A stretch of DNA of 64,000 nucleotides from Perkinsus chesapeaki ATCC PRA-425 (lineage: Eukaryota > Protista > Perkinsozoa), in NCBI GenBank assembly GCA_013115145.1, contig JAAPAO010000066.1:31354-95353 (forward strand), written 5' to 3'. A program made the position numbers and the translations under genes. Shown one piece after another: positions 37,381 through 50,600 of this stretch. The notes beneath the pieces are model-generated. The model was not told the DNA's origin. It saw only the letters and a list, made by a program, of their open reading frames with translations, and made no database searches. Numbering within the stretch: position 1 is the stretch's first letter; the number at the start of each line of letters is the position of its first letter.

Positions 37381-37405
37381 CGCTGCCGCTGGGATTCGAA
37401 CCCCC
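37381..37405 (-). other. tRNA 3'-end/B-box relic, antisense in a putative + strand intron
   Basis: GGGGG TTCGAAT CCCAG CGGCAGC G TTTTT. Confidence 0.65.
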
Positions 37406-37859
37406 CACCTCCTCTTCATCCCAATGTTTAGGATGCTTCGGCAGCTCCTTTTTAACAATTGGGAATAGTTCCGTTTGCCTAACTTCCTTCAAAGAATCAT
37501 CCACACTAGACAACATACTCACAGCCTTCAATGTACCTATTAACGATGCTAATCATAACACCCTGAACATGGAAAATAACTTGAAAAAAATAAAATAAAA
37601 TAAAGAAAATTAGAAAAAAATAAAAAAAATCACAAAAAATTAAAACAAATTAAAACAAATGAAGAAAAAATTAAAAAATTCCCCGGCATTCCATCCTTCC
37701 ATCCGATCTACTTGAACTCGCACTACCGGCACAGTATCCACCATTGCGCCCCTCTTGACAATCGACTAACTCCATAATGAGTTTCCACTTAGTTCCTTCT
37801 TAGGAACTTGTAGGGTGGTTTTAATGCATTGTTTACAGTCCATCTCAGTGCTAGAATCG

Positions 37860-40800
37860 ATAATAAACACCATCACAGCTCGAGAGGCTCATGATGGTAT
37901 CCGAGATCGGAGCGTTTCGTCCTTCTGCACTGGGGTTATCAGCATAAGACTATTTATGGTTAGACCCTCTGCAGCAGTGTCCACCTCAAAAGCGTATCTT
38001 ATTGTGTCATCGAAGTATCCTCCACCCATCAGAAACCAAACAGCGGTCTGCCCCTAAGCTTTACCCCCAAATTCTACTATCTGCTAAACTAATCAACATC
38101 AACGTGCATTTCTCTTTTGAGCATCTCAGTAACATAACCCAAATCCCCTCCCCTCCCCTCTCACTAATGCTATGATCGATGTCTGTTGCGCACGGTGACA
38201 CGGTGGCCATGACGTGCAACAGAGCATCCTCCCGTACAAAACCCTCTGCCAGCACACGTGTCAATGCAGAGCCACGGAAGGGTACGAATGATGATGAACC
38301 TTTCCAGAAATCCGACCACAGCAGCTTTCGATTCTAACCTGATTCCTTTTCCGATGGCTGACGTAACATTCGATAACGAATACATTCCTTCAAGGCATGC
38401 AAACTGGCATTGATCTCCGCTCCCTCCTGCTGACGAACCTTATCATGGTAAAAGGAATCTTTCCGTCTTTCCGTACCTGATAAAGCAGAGCCAACGTGAA
38501 CCGTAAAGTAGTAGGTGCAAAAGAGCGGTGGGAAAACGAAATTAGCAATAGGGGAAAAATCTTGATAATTACGACGCTACGTCCAAGAATTTATATCATC
38601 CTCATATAACAATGAGTCACTGTCATACAGTTATTTGGTCACCTACGTGTCGATATCAGACCACCAATCGAGAAGAAAAGAAATAAATTATTTACAGGAC
38701 TCGGTTAAATAATCCCGAAATAACATCCTTCCTCACCAGCGCAATCCACCAACACCAAACATCCAACCGCTTTCACCCCCGGCAAAGCTATAGATATCCT
38801 GAGCATTATAGCAGACCCGATCGGAAAGTATCCTACCGGCAAACCGCATGAGATCTGCTGGATACATCGTTGGCCCCCGTCGTCTCAGTTTTTCTTCTAG
38901 TGTGACTTTGTTTGATAATATCGATTAGCTTCTCTGAATCCTCCACAGGTACGCTCACTGCTCCCTCCAATAGAACCTAAAAGCATAGTCTCGTCGAAGC
39001 ACGGAAAAGCGTTCGCCTGCTCAAGGCGAACGGAAGAAACCCCGCAGTCCCTCCTATCATTACACAAAGAATGTCCCCATTTTGACAATTTTGCGTGCTA
39101 GTGCTCTCCAAGCTAGCCAAGTCTCTACGATCAATTATTACAAAACTAGGTACTCTAGAGTACTGTAAATGCTTTTGAGATTTACTGCTAAGATTTTCCC
39201 CTGCGCACTGTAAAGATTTTCCCTGCGCACTGTAAAGATTTCCCCTGCGCACTGTAAAGATCCCTTACCGTATTATTTCCAGCATCTCTAAGTCGTACTT
39301 CCGTTCGTTTAGCCGCCATCAAATCAAACACATGCTTTCCGCATATCTCATTGAAACAAACCGTCACAGTGGAGCCCTCAGGTATATCTGAGATCTTGCA
39401 ATCTTGCATTTCCTCAACGCCCTACCTCACTCTGAAAGATATCTTTCGCCGCTCTGCTTTCGATGCTCGTCATCGTGTGAGTTTTGCCACTTCCAGTTTG
39501 ACCAAACATGAACATCGTCGACAGGCCACCACGGCAGGCATTTAATACCTATAAAGTTGAATAAGAAAGATACTTTAGAGGTTGAATAAGAAAGATACTT
39601 TACAGGTCGAATAAGAAAGATACTCTGAAGGTTGGACAAGAAAGATACTTCAGAGGCTGGATAAGAAAGATACTTTAGAAGCTGAATAAGAAAGATACTT
39701 TAGAAGCTGAATAAGAAAGATACTTTAGAGGTTGAATGAGAAAGATACTTAAGAGGTTGAATAAGAAAGATACTTTAGAGGTTGAATGATGAAGATACTT
39801 TAGTGGTCGACAGGAGGAGATCCTGTTCTCCTCTCTACTCCTGTCAGGATGAGATGAACAAATATGCTCCTAGAGTATGAAGAGACGTTGAACGCATTTC
39901 TCTTGGGCTCAGCATCTGGTGTTTCACTCCCGCGCGCCACGAAATTACCATCTCCTGCGATCCACTGTTCTTGTAGACAAACTCGTTATCTGCTGACTCA
40001 TCAAAGACTCTCGCAAATTTACTGGACAAATGAGAAATTAATGGACGTTTTAAATCAGCCTGATAAAGGCAATTATGGAGAGTGATGGTATCTGACAAAT
40101 GGTATCATTTTGCACGCATGCGCAAGATACTACTTTCATCGACACAACTAACCACATCATATTCTAATTTAATGCTTTCTTCCTTTTCAAACAAAGGCCT
40201 TTTCCGGACCTAACCGACACCGTCACGCGCCACTAAATTACCACCGAAAGTCGATAAAATCTTTTTCATAAAATATACAGTACACCCCCGTGAGACCTAA
40301 AAGCCAGTGCACCAACAGTTTGATGTTGTCACACTACTGGAATGAAGTGGATACACCCCCAGAAGTCTGTGAGCGAGCCAACACACTCGACAATGTCCCC
40401 CCCCTAACCACCGAGACTCATTCCAGTCACCACTAGATCTTAATTATCAATAGTTACTTATATCGTCTAGCAGATACCACTACATTAAACACTGTTCAAT
40501 ACCTCATTATCTTGTCCCATAATACTTATTTATTAACTCATCACTGATATCTCCCCTCCCCCTATCTATTATTACACACACATGAACTCCCCCTCCTCCT
40601 CCCTCTGTCGAGCCATGTCCTCCAACTTCACTGCCCCCACCAGCATCGGCACCGTTCCTCCTTTCTTTAATATTTTCCTCCCTCCACAGTGCAATCGCTT
40701 TAATAAAATCATCCCTCCCAATAATCCTCAATGTATTTTTATCATACATTTGCCTAGTACCTTCCACAACACCAGACCATGCAATCGTACCAAATTTTCC

Positions 40801-41250
40801 TCTTCAAAAATGAGCCGGTCCAGATTCTCTATTTGGGAGTCATCCAGACTCCCTATCAATGCTACATCCGAAATATCTTCCCCAATTAACCCAACTCTCT
40901 CCAGCCCTATCAAAATGTCTCTCGGCCTTCCTCTCCCAAGCCCTAATTCTCACCAAATTCCTGTAGAAAACACAGTCTTCGAGAAATTCCGTTAAAATCC
41001 ATAGTTTCCGATCTATAAGGGAGCCCATGCATATATTCCAACCCCAACCGACCCCCTCCTTACTAGGATCCTCCCTCTGCTGTACAACTCCCTTAACCTT
41101 CCTTTTCCTTCCATTATCATCATCCCTTCGACTACCTTTATTAGTAGCTACTGTTGAAGCTGAACTGATGCCCTCTCGTTTAGGCAAGACAGGCCGCGGA
41201 GGCGGAGGCGGAGGCGGAGGAGGCTTTCTAGTGGGGGGAGCAGGGGCCTA
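37860..41250 (-). CDS. Kinesin motor protein, kinesin-13-like (internal motor); ends approximate
   Basis: Exons encode VHVC|VRKRPLF, FGQTGSGKTHTM, NDVSSRSHAV, LVDCAG|TER, EINASLHALKECIR, VPFRGSALT, ATVSP. Confidence 0.88.
39191..39261. repeat. 22/23-bp tandem repeat (3 copies) in a kinesin intron
   Basis: AGATTTTCCC(C)TGCGCACTGTAA x3. Confidence 0.9.
39554..39802. repeat. Degenerate 25-bp minisatellite (about 10 copies) in a kinesin intron
   Basis: Consensus GTTGAATAAGAAAGATACTTTAGAG. Confidence 0.9.
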
Positions 41251-41299
41251 GAGACACGAGATGCGACTTAACTAACTGTATAGGAATAAACCACTAGTC

Positions 41300-43970
41300 G
41301 GGTCTGTTCGAAAATATCTTCGCCAGGGAGCTTTGAAGCTCCCAGAACGAATGTATTTGGTGTTTCCGTTTGGACTAGTGACATACTTATCCTCCTTGAT
41401 GTAATAGTATTGCCCCCGACAGTGGCCGATGACCTTGAGGTCAGTATTGCGTACGGTTCGGTTGCTTCAATTGAACAGCTCGCCCGATCGATCTATGTCT
41501 GTCGTAGCTATTTTGTTATCATGCACGCATATACAATTCAGCCTCTCGACTTGCTGTTGGGTTAGCACAGTTCTATCGACCATCCCAACACCTTTAATCC
41601 CCATTATAAGCACTCTCTGATCGCCCAGTAGGAAATTTCTGTGAGACTGGAGGGCTTCCTAAACCTCGGCTATAAAACTTTCTAACCTGGGGGCTCCAAT
41701 GTCTGCCCTTCCCGGGCCTGTGATGCGCGGAGAACCCCAACACGTTCATTGCCAATGACTGATTGAGAAGATCGACAATTCACAGGCACTTTACCATTTT
41801 CTCAACCCCGGGCTCGGACCATCCCTCAGTTTGAGGTACACGGAAATCGGGAATACCAATTCTGACTCGGACTTCCGACCGAGTTTCATCTACACGCTTA
41901 ACACTCCTCTCTTAAATGCGCACACATATTCCCCCATCATAGCTCGTCTACTGCACCCACTCTATGAGCCGGACTAGCTTTGAGAGATCTATGCATTCCC
42001 AGCACCGCCGCCCCCGCCCCCCAAATCCCCACAGTGCGAATAGATACCATCCGTACTACCCTAATCTTCCCATCAGCCTTCTTCCCTCCACCAGCAACAC
42101 CACGCTTCCCTTCTTCAGCTACCAAAAAACATCCTTCACCCGAAACACCAAAGCCCGACGACCTACTGCTTCCTAGTGCCGACTTGGACGCTCTCGGCTG
42201 AAGTGGCCGAGAGCTCTCTTTTGGAGCTGCATTGCGATTCTCTAATATACGTGACGCATACGCCTTCTGCTGCCTCTCTTTGAGCCGGTCTCTCCGCCGG
42301 TCCAATTTTTGTGCCTATAAATACCCTGCCCGAGGATCGAACCTGCGCTCATATCACCAAACTAGCAGGCAAGGATTCCACTGCCTGATGCTGCCCGGCA
42401 TATACTTCCGCTCTGCTGTCACTGCGGGTGGGCACGGACTCGACTGGAAGGCTGCTCACCGGACGCAACTGGCAAAATAGGCTATTATCCACTCAACATG
42501 AAAATTTCACTCGTTAAAGAGATTTATTAAATAGAGATTTCTGTCTCTTATTCCCGTTGTTTCCAGAATGATGAGTTACCTTATCTTCATTCGTATTTTC
42601 CCGACTATCTCCCGGTCCTATCCATTTCCACTGAACTGCAGATCCATCAGTATCGACTGTAGGCACTTCCCCTTTGCCTTTCAAGTACGCTTCAACCTAA
42701 GATACGCGGTTCGAATCACCTGAGTTTTCGCGCAGAACAACGGTTCTACTCCACAACTTCGAAACCCGATTCACGAAGTCCTTCCCTTTGCAGGTCCCAT
42801 ATTCTTTATTTCTGACTAGCTGCCCCGCTTGGCTCTAATCCAGGAATAATTCTCCATTCAACACAACGGTTGTATTACAACCATGCCCTCCTACTAACCT
42901 GCGGGAAGTTTGTCAATTTCAAAAATTTTATGGGCACCGACACCACAGAGTAGTGATTGGGTTCCCAGAATTGAACACTCCGAAAGCAGTGTTGGCACGC
43001 CTGCCGGCGGCCCCGAAATCACCTCCACGAATCTATATGAGAAATGAATTTTAGTTCCCTGGGGGACTTCACGGATGATTCCCCAGAATCTTTCTTCCTC
43101 GGCACCATGCATATCCCCTCACCGGCAGCGCCCCTTACTCCTTGAGTCCTCAGAAATTCCGATTCTGCCCGTAACGTTCCTCCTGCTGCCGAATCCTCTT
43201 CTTTCCTCCCATCTACGTACGAGGCTGGATTGTAACTAGCAAACTAGAGGCTGTCTAAGAACAACATAACCCAATCTCCTCAAATGAACCTGCCGGAACC
43301 ACAGTACAGCGCAAGCGTCCTTGGCAGCTCTACTATAACGAAAGATGAGATAGTATCTCTGGGCGCACAAGATAGCTTGAAGAAATTAAACTCCCTTAAA
43401 AAATTTTTTTGATGTTGAAATAAATAGCAAGGGATGGTATTCAATAGACACGACGTAGACTTTATACTCTTACAAGGCTCCAGGATGAGGAGATACGGCT
43501 GATGGCATACGGGCAATAATATCGGAATAATAATAATACTATTATATTCTTGATCCGACTCCTGACCACTAGTGGTGATCAAGCAAACGATGCAAGCAAT
43601 CAAATGTATATTCATGACTTTGTATGAATTCAAGTGACGTACGAATTGCGCCCTAGAGAGGTCATTATCCATCCGCGAGGTTACGGGGTCGAGGAAAGCG
43701 TGCGTTAAAGAGTCCAGGATCCCAGCTCATAGATATAGCTACCATCGAAGCCCCGCATTCAGCGATGGAACCCAGGAAATACCTCTGTTTTCAGTTGCCG
43801 CTCTCAACGCCCGTATTACTCGATATTATCGTGCATCAGCAGCAACTCCTCCTCGCTCTCCCCCCTCTGACGTTCGCCCTCACCCCCATTCTCCTCGCTC
43901 CGCGCCGCTGCCTCCTTAGCTTTCCGTCTTTCGACTTTCAGTTTCTCAGCACGCGCAATCTGACAAAGCC
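41300..43970 (-). CDS. Multi-exon hypothetical coding region (N-terminal part of the kinesin gene or a separate gene)
   Basis: Frame-consistent exons such as AQKLDRRRDRLKERQQKAY, VEAYLKGKGEVPTVDTDG, IARAEKLKVERRKAKE; no domain recognised. Confidence 0.4.
42322..42346 (-). other. tRNA 3'-end/B-box relic, sense in a mini-intron ending at 42315
   Basis: GCAGG TTCGATC CTCGG GCAGGGT A TTTATAG|. Confidence 0.7.
42705..42729 (+). other. Weak B-box relic, antisense at an intron 3' end
   Basis: CGCGG TTCGAAT CACCT GAGTTTT. Confidence 0.4.
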
Positions 43971-46879
43971 TTGAGATAGGCTAGACTAAACCAAGAACAC
44001 TGCGATATCCCAACTACTCCCAATTCCAGAAGCCCATGGCAGTCCAATGAAAAAGTGCTGCTAGTACGAAAATAGAAGTGTTGCTGGTGTAGAAAGAAAA
44101 ACGAGAAGGTGCGTTCCTCTGTTAACGAGTAGCTGATGCCATAATAGTTGACTAGTAATCCCAGGGACATCAGAGGATGAAGGAGAGAATGGAAAAACCA
44201 TTGAAGGAAATGGATAAAGGAATCTCCTTTCCAATGGCGTACGCTACTGAAATACTCGTATGAGATTCTCGCTAATCCGCTGCATCAAACAAGATAAATA
44301 TTTTACTTTAGTCATATCATCGATTTCTCAGCTGAGCTATCCTGTGATTTCGTCCAGCCAAAATCCGCTATTTTTATTTACTATTAGAATAATCAAAATT
44401 ACGAATGATTCCCCTCCCACTTCTACCGCAATCCTCTTCTTTTCTGCCCACTCCACAGGATCATATGACTTGGTAGGAGTGCCACCCGCTGCCTTAGATG
44501 ACGATCTAGCAGCACTCTTATTTCCAGATCGGCTGGTCGGAAAGGGACCTATCAGGCAAAATAGGCAGCTCAGATTTAGTTATTCAAAATAATAATATCT
44601 CCCGTGACAAAGAGATGCGCGCGAGTTATGCGCACAATTTCCATGCCCTGCCCGGATAGGAAACTTCATACTCACCACTGCTACTCGGTGGCACACAGTG
44701 TGCCGCGTACCGGAGAACTCAATGCTAGACGACATGATATACATTGTGGGAAACACTCTCTCATCAACTATGCACAATTCAGAAACTCAACAGCCAATCA
44801 CTCCCTCTTTTTTACTCCCTTCTTTTCTCGATATTATACGATTTTCTCGAGCCGATAATCACACATAGCCGCTTGCTTATGGACTCTGTGTGCTTACCCA
44901 CGAACTTCCCCTCGATGCACCCCCACTGGGGATTCCCCAGCCTTCAATGAAGCAACACTGTCACAGGCCACAGATAATCAAATACGCTGCGCTCAACATT
45001 CTTTCCGGCTGTTGAAAATGCAAGCTCGTTACGGATGGTGATGTACCCGAACTACCGCTCCTCCACGGGGTTTGGCTGACGCTCCTCAGTCTTTAGCATG
45101 AACACGAGACCTATCCGGTCTACATTAGCTGTAGCGAAATCCCGGTCGGTGTGTGGGCTCCCATCCGGTTTATACACAGTAACATGTAAGTAGCTTACGG
45201 TAAGTCATAGAAGCGGTACACATCATTAATGTGGACCGCTATAGCCTTGTCGCCCATGATAGAAACGTTAACAATTGTCACAATTGTCTCTGGACGTTGT
45301 CACCCATTGACAATAATTGACTGCCATCTCGTTTCAACTTGAGACTCTCAAGGGTTCTCCCAGCTGCCCATCTAGGATGTACGAGACAAGCTGCAGCCAG
45401 CTGTGAGCCCCGAGGGAGGATATGGCCAACTTCTGTCTTAGCAAACCTCTGAAGAGGCTTGCACGAGACCACTGTGAAATATAGTAGTCCCGTGGAACTC
45501 CTGAGTTGCGGTTCCTCCCGAAGTGAGAGCAGATATCAACGCGTTCTACCCGTCAATTTCGTGCCATAGTACGAAGCGGTCGAGTAATCCAGGTGTGCAA
45601 ATTCATGTCGTTTTTAGGGCATCATGTCAGCTACTATGCTAGAAGCATTAATACTTAGAATAAATACTACTACAAAATAACAAGGGTTAAACCGTAGACC
45701 ATTACAAAGTTCAGTAATACTTATGAAGTTAAATCAACCATCTATCACTATACTAAGGAAGTGAAGACTATGCGGATGCCGACTCTATATGAACATATCG
45801 GCATTGTGGAATTTATCCAATACCATCTAGACTCCTATATGATCCCACCTCTTATCGACATGTGCGGTCTGCTGCTTAGTATGGTGAAATGTGGATATTA
45901 ATAAAATAATATAACTAACAAGGAGTCTGAATGACTGAATCTCCTCGATATCACGTACTGTGAGAATAGACAGTAATATTCATGATAAAGTATATGTTTT
46001 CTAATGCACTAGCTAAAGTGTAATATCTACTATTTTGCGACTTAGTACTGAATGACGGAGTTCACATGTGGATGCTCTTGAAGCTGATTGATCATCATAT
46101 TATGCACTGCGCAACAACAATCCTCTTTTCTTAATTATGTTGCTGGAGGTGATTATATAACAGAAATTCTGCTATGCACACGACCCATCAATCTTCAAAT
46201 CGTTGCTCATTGAGCCTTATTCTGACCCGAACTTAGCATGTAGAATATTGCCATATCTTTTACCGTGTAAATTTGGAAAATATATTTCGGTCGATAGTCC
46301 ATGACCAGTATAATATTATCATCTTTCAGACAGACCTTGCCTCTCCGCTACGCCGCGACCTATCCCTACCATATCCTCCCTCAGTAGCCTCAAACTTACC
46401 AGTAGATTCGTACTGGGAAATGCTAGTAAAATCTCACATAACGATTTTGCCCCGTTGGCTGTTCAAAGCCTTCATATTATTATTACTCAACTCAACTCGG
46501 AGTCGAATCAACACCCACGTAACGGTAAAGCCAGTACGGCAGTAATAACATGACTTATAATGTTATTAACATTATAATTTTTAATGTTATCATAGCTCAT
46601 CATGACACTCTTTCACCCCTTCCTCTTTGCTTCCACAAATCAAAGTCATTTATCTTGCCCACTACAGCAGTATGCCTCCACGGTCTAAACAAACGAACAG
46701 GGAGTCAAATCATTAATAATGAAGAGAAATTGACAACAAGTACTTAAGAAAGCAGTACTAGTCAGAATGCGGCAGTGTAGCTAAACCAATCAGCTCGAAG
46801 CCAAACTAGTAGTGATAAGAGTAAACTGGTTGGGGTGCAGCAGCTACAGTATCTCACCATTCCTACAAACTGTGTAAAA

Positions 46880-47305
46880 AAGCGAGTTACTCCTTTGCAC
46901 TAGGTCTACACTTAACATTATGCTACTTCGTGTCACTAACCAAGTAAGCGAGTTACTCCTTTGCACTAGGTCTACACTTAACATTATGCTACTTCGTGTC
47001 ACTAACCAAGTAAGCGAGNNNNNNNNNNNNNNNNNNNNNNNNNNNNNNNNNNNNNNNNNNNNNNNNNNNNNNNNNNNNNNNNNNNNNNNNNNNNNNNNNN
47101 NNNNNNNNNNNNNNNNACTCCTTTGCACTAGGTCTACACTTAACATTATGCTACTTCGTGTCACTAACCAAGTAAGCGAGTTACTCCTTTGCACTAGGTC
47201 TACACTTAACATTATGTTACTTCGTGTCACTAACCAAGTAAGCGAGTTACTCCTTTGGACTAGGTCTACACTTAACATTATGTTACTTCGTGTCACTAAC
47301 CAAGT
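46880..47305. repeat. 66-bp tandem repeat interrupted by an N gap
   Basis: AGCGAGTTACTCCTTTGCACTAGGTCTACACTTAACATTATGCTACTTCGTGTCACTAACCAAGTA, near-identical copies. Confidence 0.95.
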
Positions 47306-47689
47306 CACCAAGTGACTTTGTGTTGAACCCTAATTTTTCCCTATTCTGTTCCACGATAATGCTACTATAGAATCGCTCCGCACTAGAACGTCTAATATTA
47401 TCACAGTCAGATCGATTATTCACATCTCATCACCGCCGGTAATAGACATTCTCATTAAATGTATTTGGCGCTATCCTTCTCAACTTAAACTCTTTTCCTC
47501 CCCTTAGACTCTTTCATCCCATACGATATCTCTCTCAGAGCTAACGCTAAGTATTAACTTTATTTTCTCGTACGTCCTTCTAGGCGTGAAATTGAATTTA
47601 TCAAACGTATTTCTTTATCTTAATTTGGCCGATATAACTTTGCCAATACTTCATTTAAGAAGTCCTATGTGACTGTCAGTGAAATTTGG

Positions 47690-50600
47690 ACTTCTCCACT
47701 TACGCTGGTTCCGCAGGCTCCCCTATGAGCAGCCCTGATTGATTCAACTCCCCTCGAACATCATCAACATCAAGCCTCGGTACAAAGCATCCACTCTGGA
47801 CCTACGCAGGTTCGAATCCCACCTCTGGTATTTCTCTTTAATTTACATTATAAGGAGCTGCTGTATGATTTCCCCTCATCCTGGCCTCGAATTCCCTTCC
47901 TATATCAGCTTCCCTATAATAATCCCTCTCGTTGGATTCTCTATCAGATATCCCCAAGTTGCCATTAACCCAACCAACTCGCTCGCCATACTTCGCACCT
48001 GCACTTTTTTGAAGTGTCTTGGAACCTCTAAGGTGCGAATCGAAGGGCACAACTCACCAAGTGATTTGGGGACCTTCCTCTTGGAGAAGTCTATTCCAAG
48101 CTTCATCGGTGGGCCTTCTCTCAATCCATATCCCAGTTTAGCATCCAAACAGCCGCTGCCTGCCTCCTTACACTTCCCAAGCATTATCTTGAACGAAATA
48201 ATACATTTACCCAAGTCGATGGAGCGGCAACTATATCAAAAATACTCATTGCTTAGAATCCACGCAAGTTCGATCCTCGCCTGCGACACTCCTTACCGTT
48301 CCTTTAGTCATCCATCGTTTTTTCCTTCTCTCTTCCTCCTCACTCCCCTGTTCTCCTCCAAAGGTGACTCTATTACCACTTACTGCCTAAAACACATTCT
48401 CTAAAACATCAATCTCGACAAAACTTATTTTCCGACCATCTGATAAGATTAACGTACCACCAAGTGGACTATATAACTCACACAATTACTGTCTATCGCA
48501 CAATTGTTGCAACACCTCATTACTAGCTTTCTCTACTTGTAATACTTTTACCCTTCACTCACTTCCTTCACTGCCCTATTTCGTGACTAACTATGAGCCC
48601 AATCTATAATTGTTGTGTTACAACAACGACTACGCTGTCCCTGACGAGATAGTGCAGGGAGGTCGATCCCTGCACTAACATCACTCACTGGTCTCCCTAA
48701 CAAGAAATTTCCACTTTAGTGCATAACAAAATCTGTTATCTCAGCATTTCCTGCTAAAATATGAACGAACTGTTGAACCATTATAATATTAATTCATATA
48801 GTAATATTTTATTCTACCTTCATTTGGTGTTTAAATACTTCTTTATCCTTCTTGGCTCTCTCTACTGCCTCGGCCGCCAACACATCACAAGAGTAATGCA
48901 CCGACCTAATTAGAACAAATACTAATACCGACATGTCAGCATTGGCTAGATAGACACAATCGCCTTTGTGAAAAAAGGGAGGATATGATACGCACTGCCA
49001 GCCTCCTCCAACAAAATTATCATAGAAGTCTTGATGCGACAATAAGAACAACTTTATAAACTACCAACTAGTCAAGTTTCTTGAAGCCTCATCTATAAGG
49101 CTGCCTCATGCCTTGGCTCCAAAAATATCCCTTATATAACTTTATGGACCGTGAGTCTGTTTTATCATCAATCAGATCCTTGTATACTAATATTGCGAAA
49201 GAGAAAGAAGATTTATTGTTACACTCGTTGCTGTGCTTGTTAAAGGCAGAACCGGATGTCCTATGATAGCATAGTCCTATTGCTCCAAGCCAGTAAAGCT
49301 CGCGAGATAGTCCCAAATTATGCTTCTCGCAAATCATTCCGTACAAACAAAGAGCATCGGCCCGAAACCAGGAATCTTACTTATATATTTCAGATGGTCC
49401 AAACTCTGTTAAGAATCTTTTACTGGTGGACTTAGGATCAAAAGCTTGTGGATCCACCGGGACCCCTACGCGGCACTTTGGTACTCTTTGAGATTGCAAA
49501 ACAATGAAGTCGTTTATGGCCGGCTGAAGAATGAAGAGGCTCATCCACATTAAATGGAAGTAATTGCTTCGAACAGGGAAGAGCCAAAGAAATCGAACGA
49601 AATAAGAACACAGGAATTTACCTACATACTTTCATAAGTTTACCTTTTAAACAAAAAGTAAATTTACTTACCTTGCATACACTGTATTACTGATGATGTT
49701 AAACTAAATTACAGTATATTCACAATCCAGCAACATCACAGTGCTGGTGAAAGCTCCTTTATGTAAAACTATAACCGTACTGTGTCTTTCAATCTTCAGC
49801 TACTGCTACTTCTTGCTGCGTAAAGCTTACCCCTTTTTAATCAGACACGAGAGTGCTTAAAAGAGAGTATAGCGCGCTCTCAAGCGCTATCTAATTGCCG
49901 TCCGATAAATTTTTGCCTCGTCAGCTACCAGCAATCTTCCCTTACCTCCCACGGCATAGCTCCAGACAGCTCTTCCAGTCTAGACTCCGATAACGGCACA
50001 GTATGTATATGATCTGCTCGCCTGTAAGCTGATGGGGAAGATGGCCTTGGGTGCCTGAGAGGCAGCATTAATCCAATTAATCAACTTCGAGGATTACCGC
50101 CACTCAACCCTCCGTCGATCCGTAGCGAGCTTGGCAGCGGCCAGCCTCTCCTTGAGAGAAGCTCTGCCTTCATTCACTGATTAGATTCACATCCAAAGCA
50201 CCCAGGTTCGATCCGCGCAGCCTACTCCTTCCCAAATCTAAAGTATTGTTGAGGCATTCCCTACTGGCGGCAGCTTTGCTGCTCGGATCATTCTCAACTG
50301 GGTCAGCAGCATTGCTCATGCCGAAGGTGTAAACCCCGTCAGAAAACTGAGATTGAGGAGTGTAGGAATTTTATAGAGTAAAAGATCAACGCCTCGGTAG
50401 CTCAGTCGGTAGAGCGCGTGCCTTTTAAGCCCGTGGTCGTGGGTTCGAGCCCCGCCCGAGGTGTTTTACTTACCTCATCTCGCAACCGCTTTTGCTCCGC
50501 ACCAACAACTGTGTTATACGTTTGTATTGAATAGTTAAAAGGTCCACTTGCTCCATCATAAGTACGTCGTTTTTCCAAAGCCTTCTTTATCAAATCTGCA

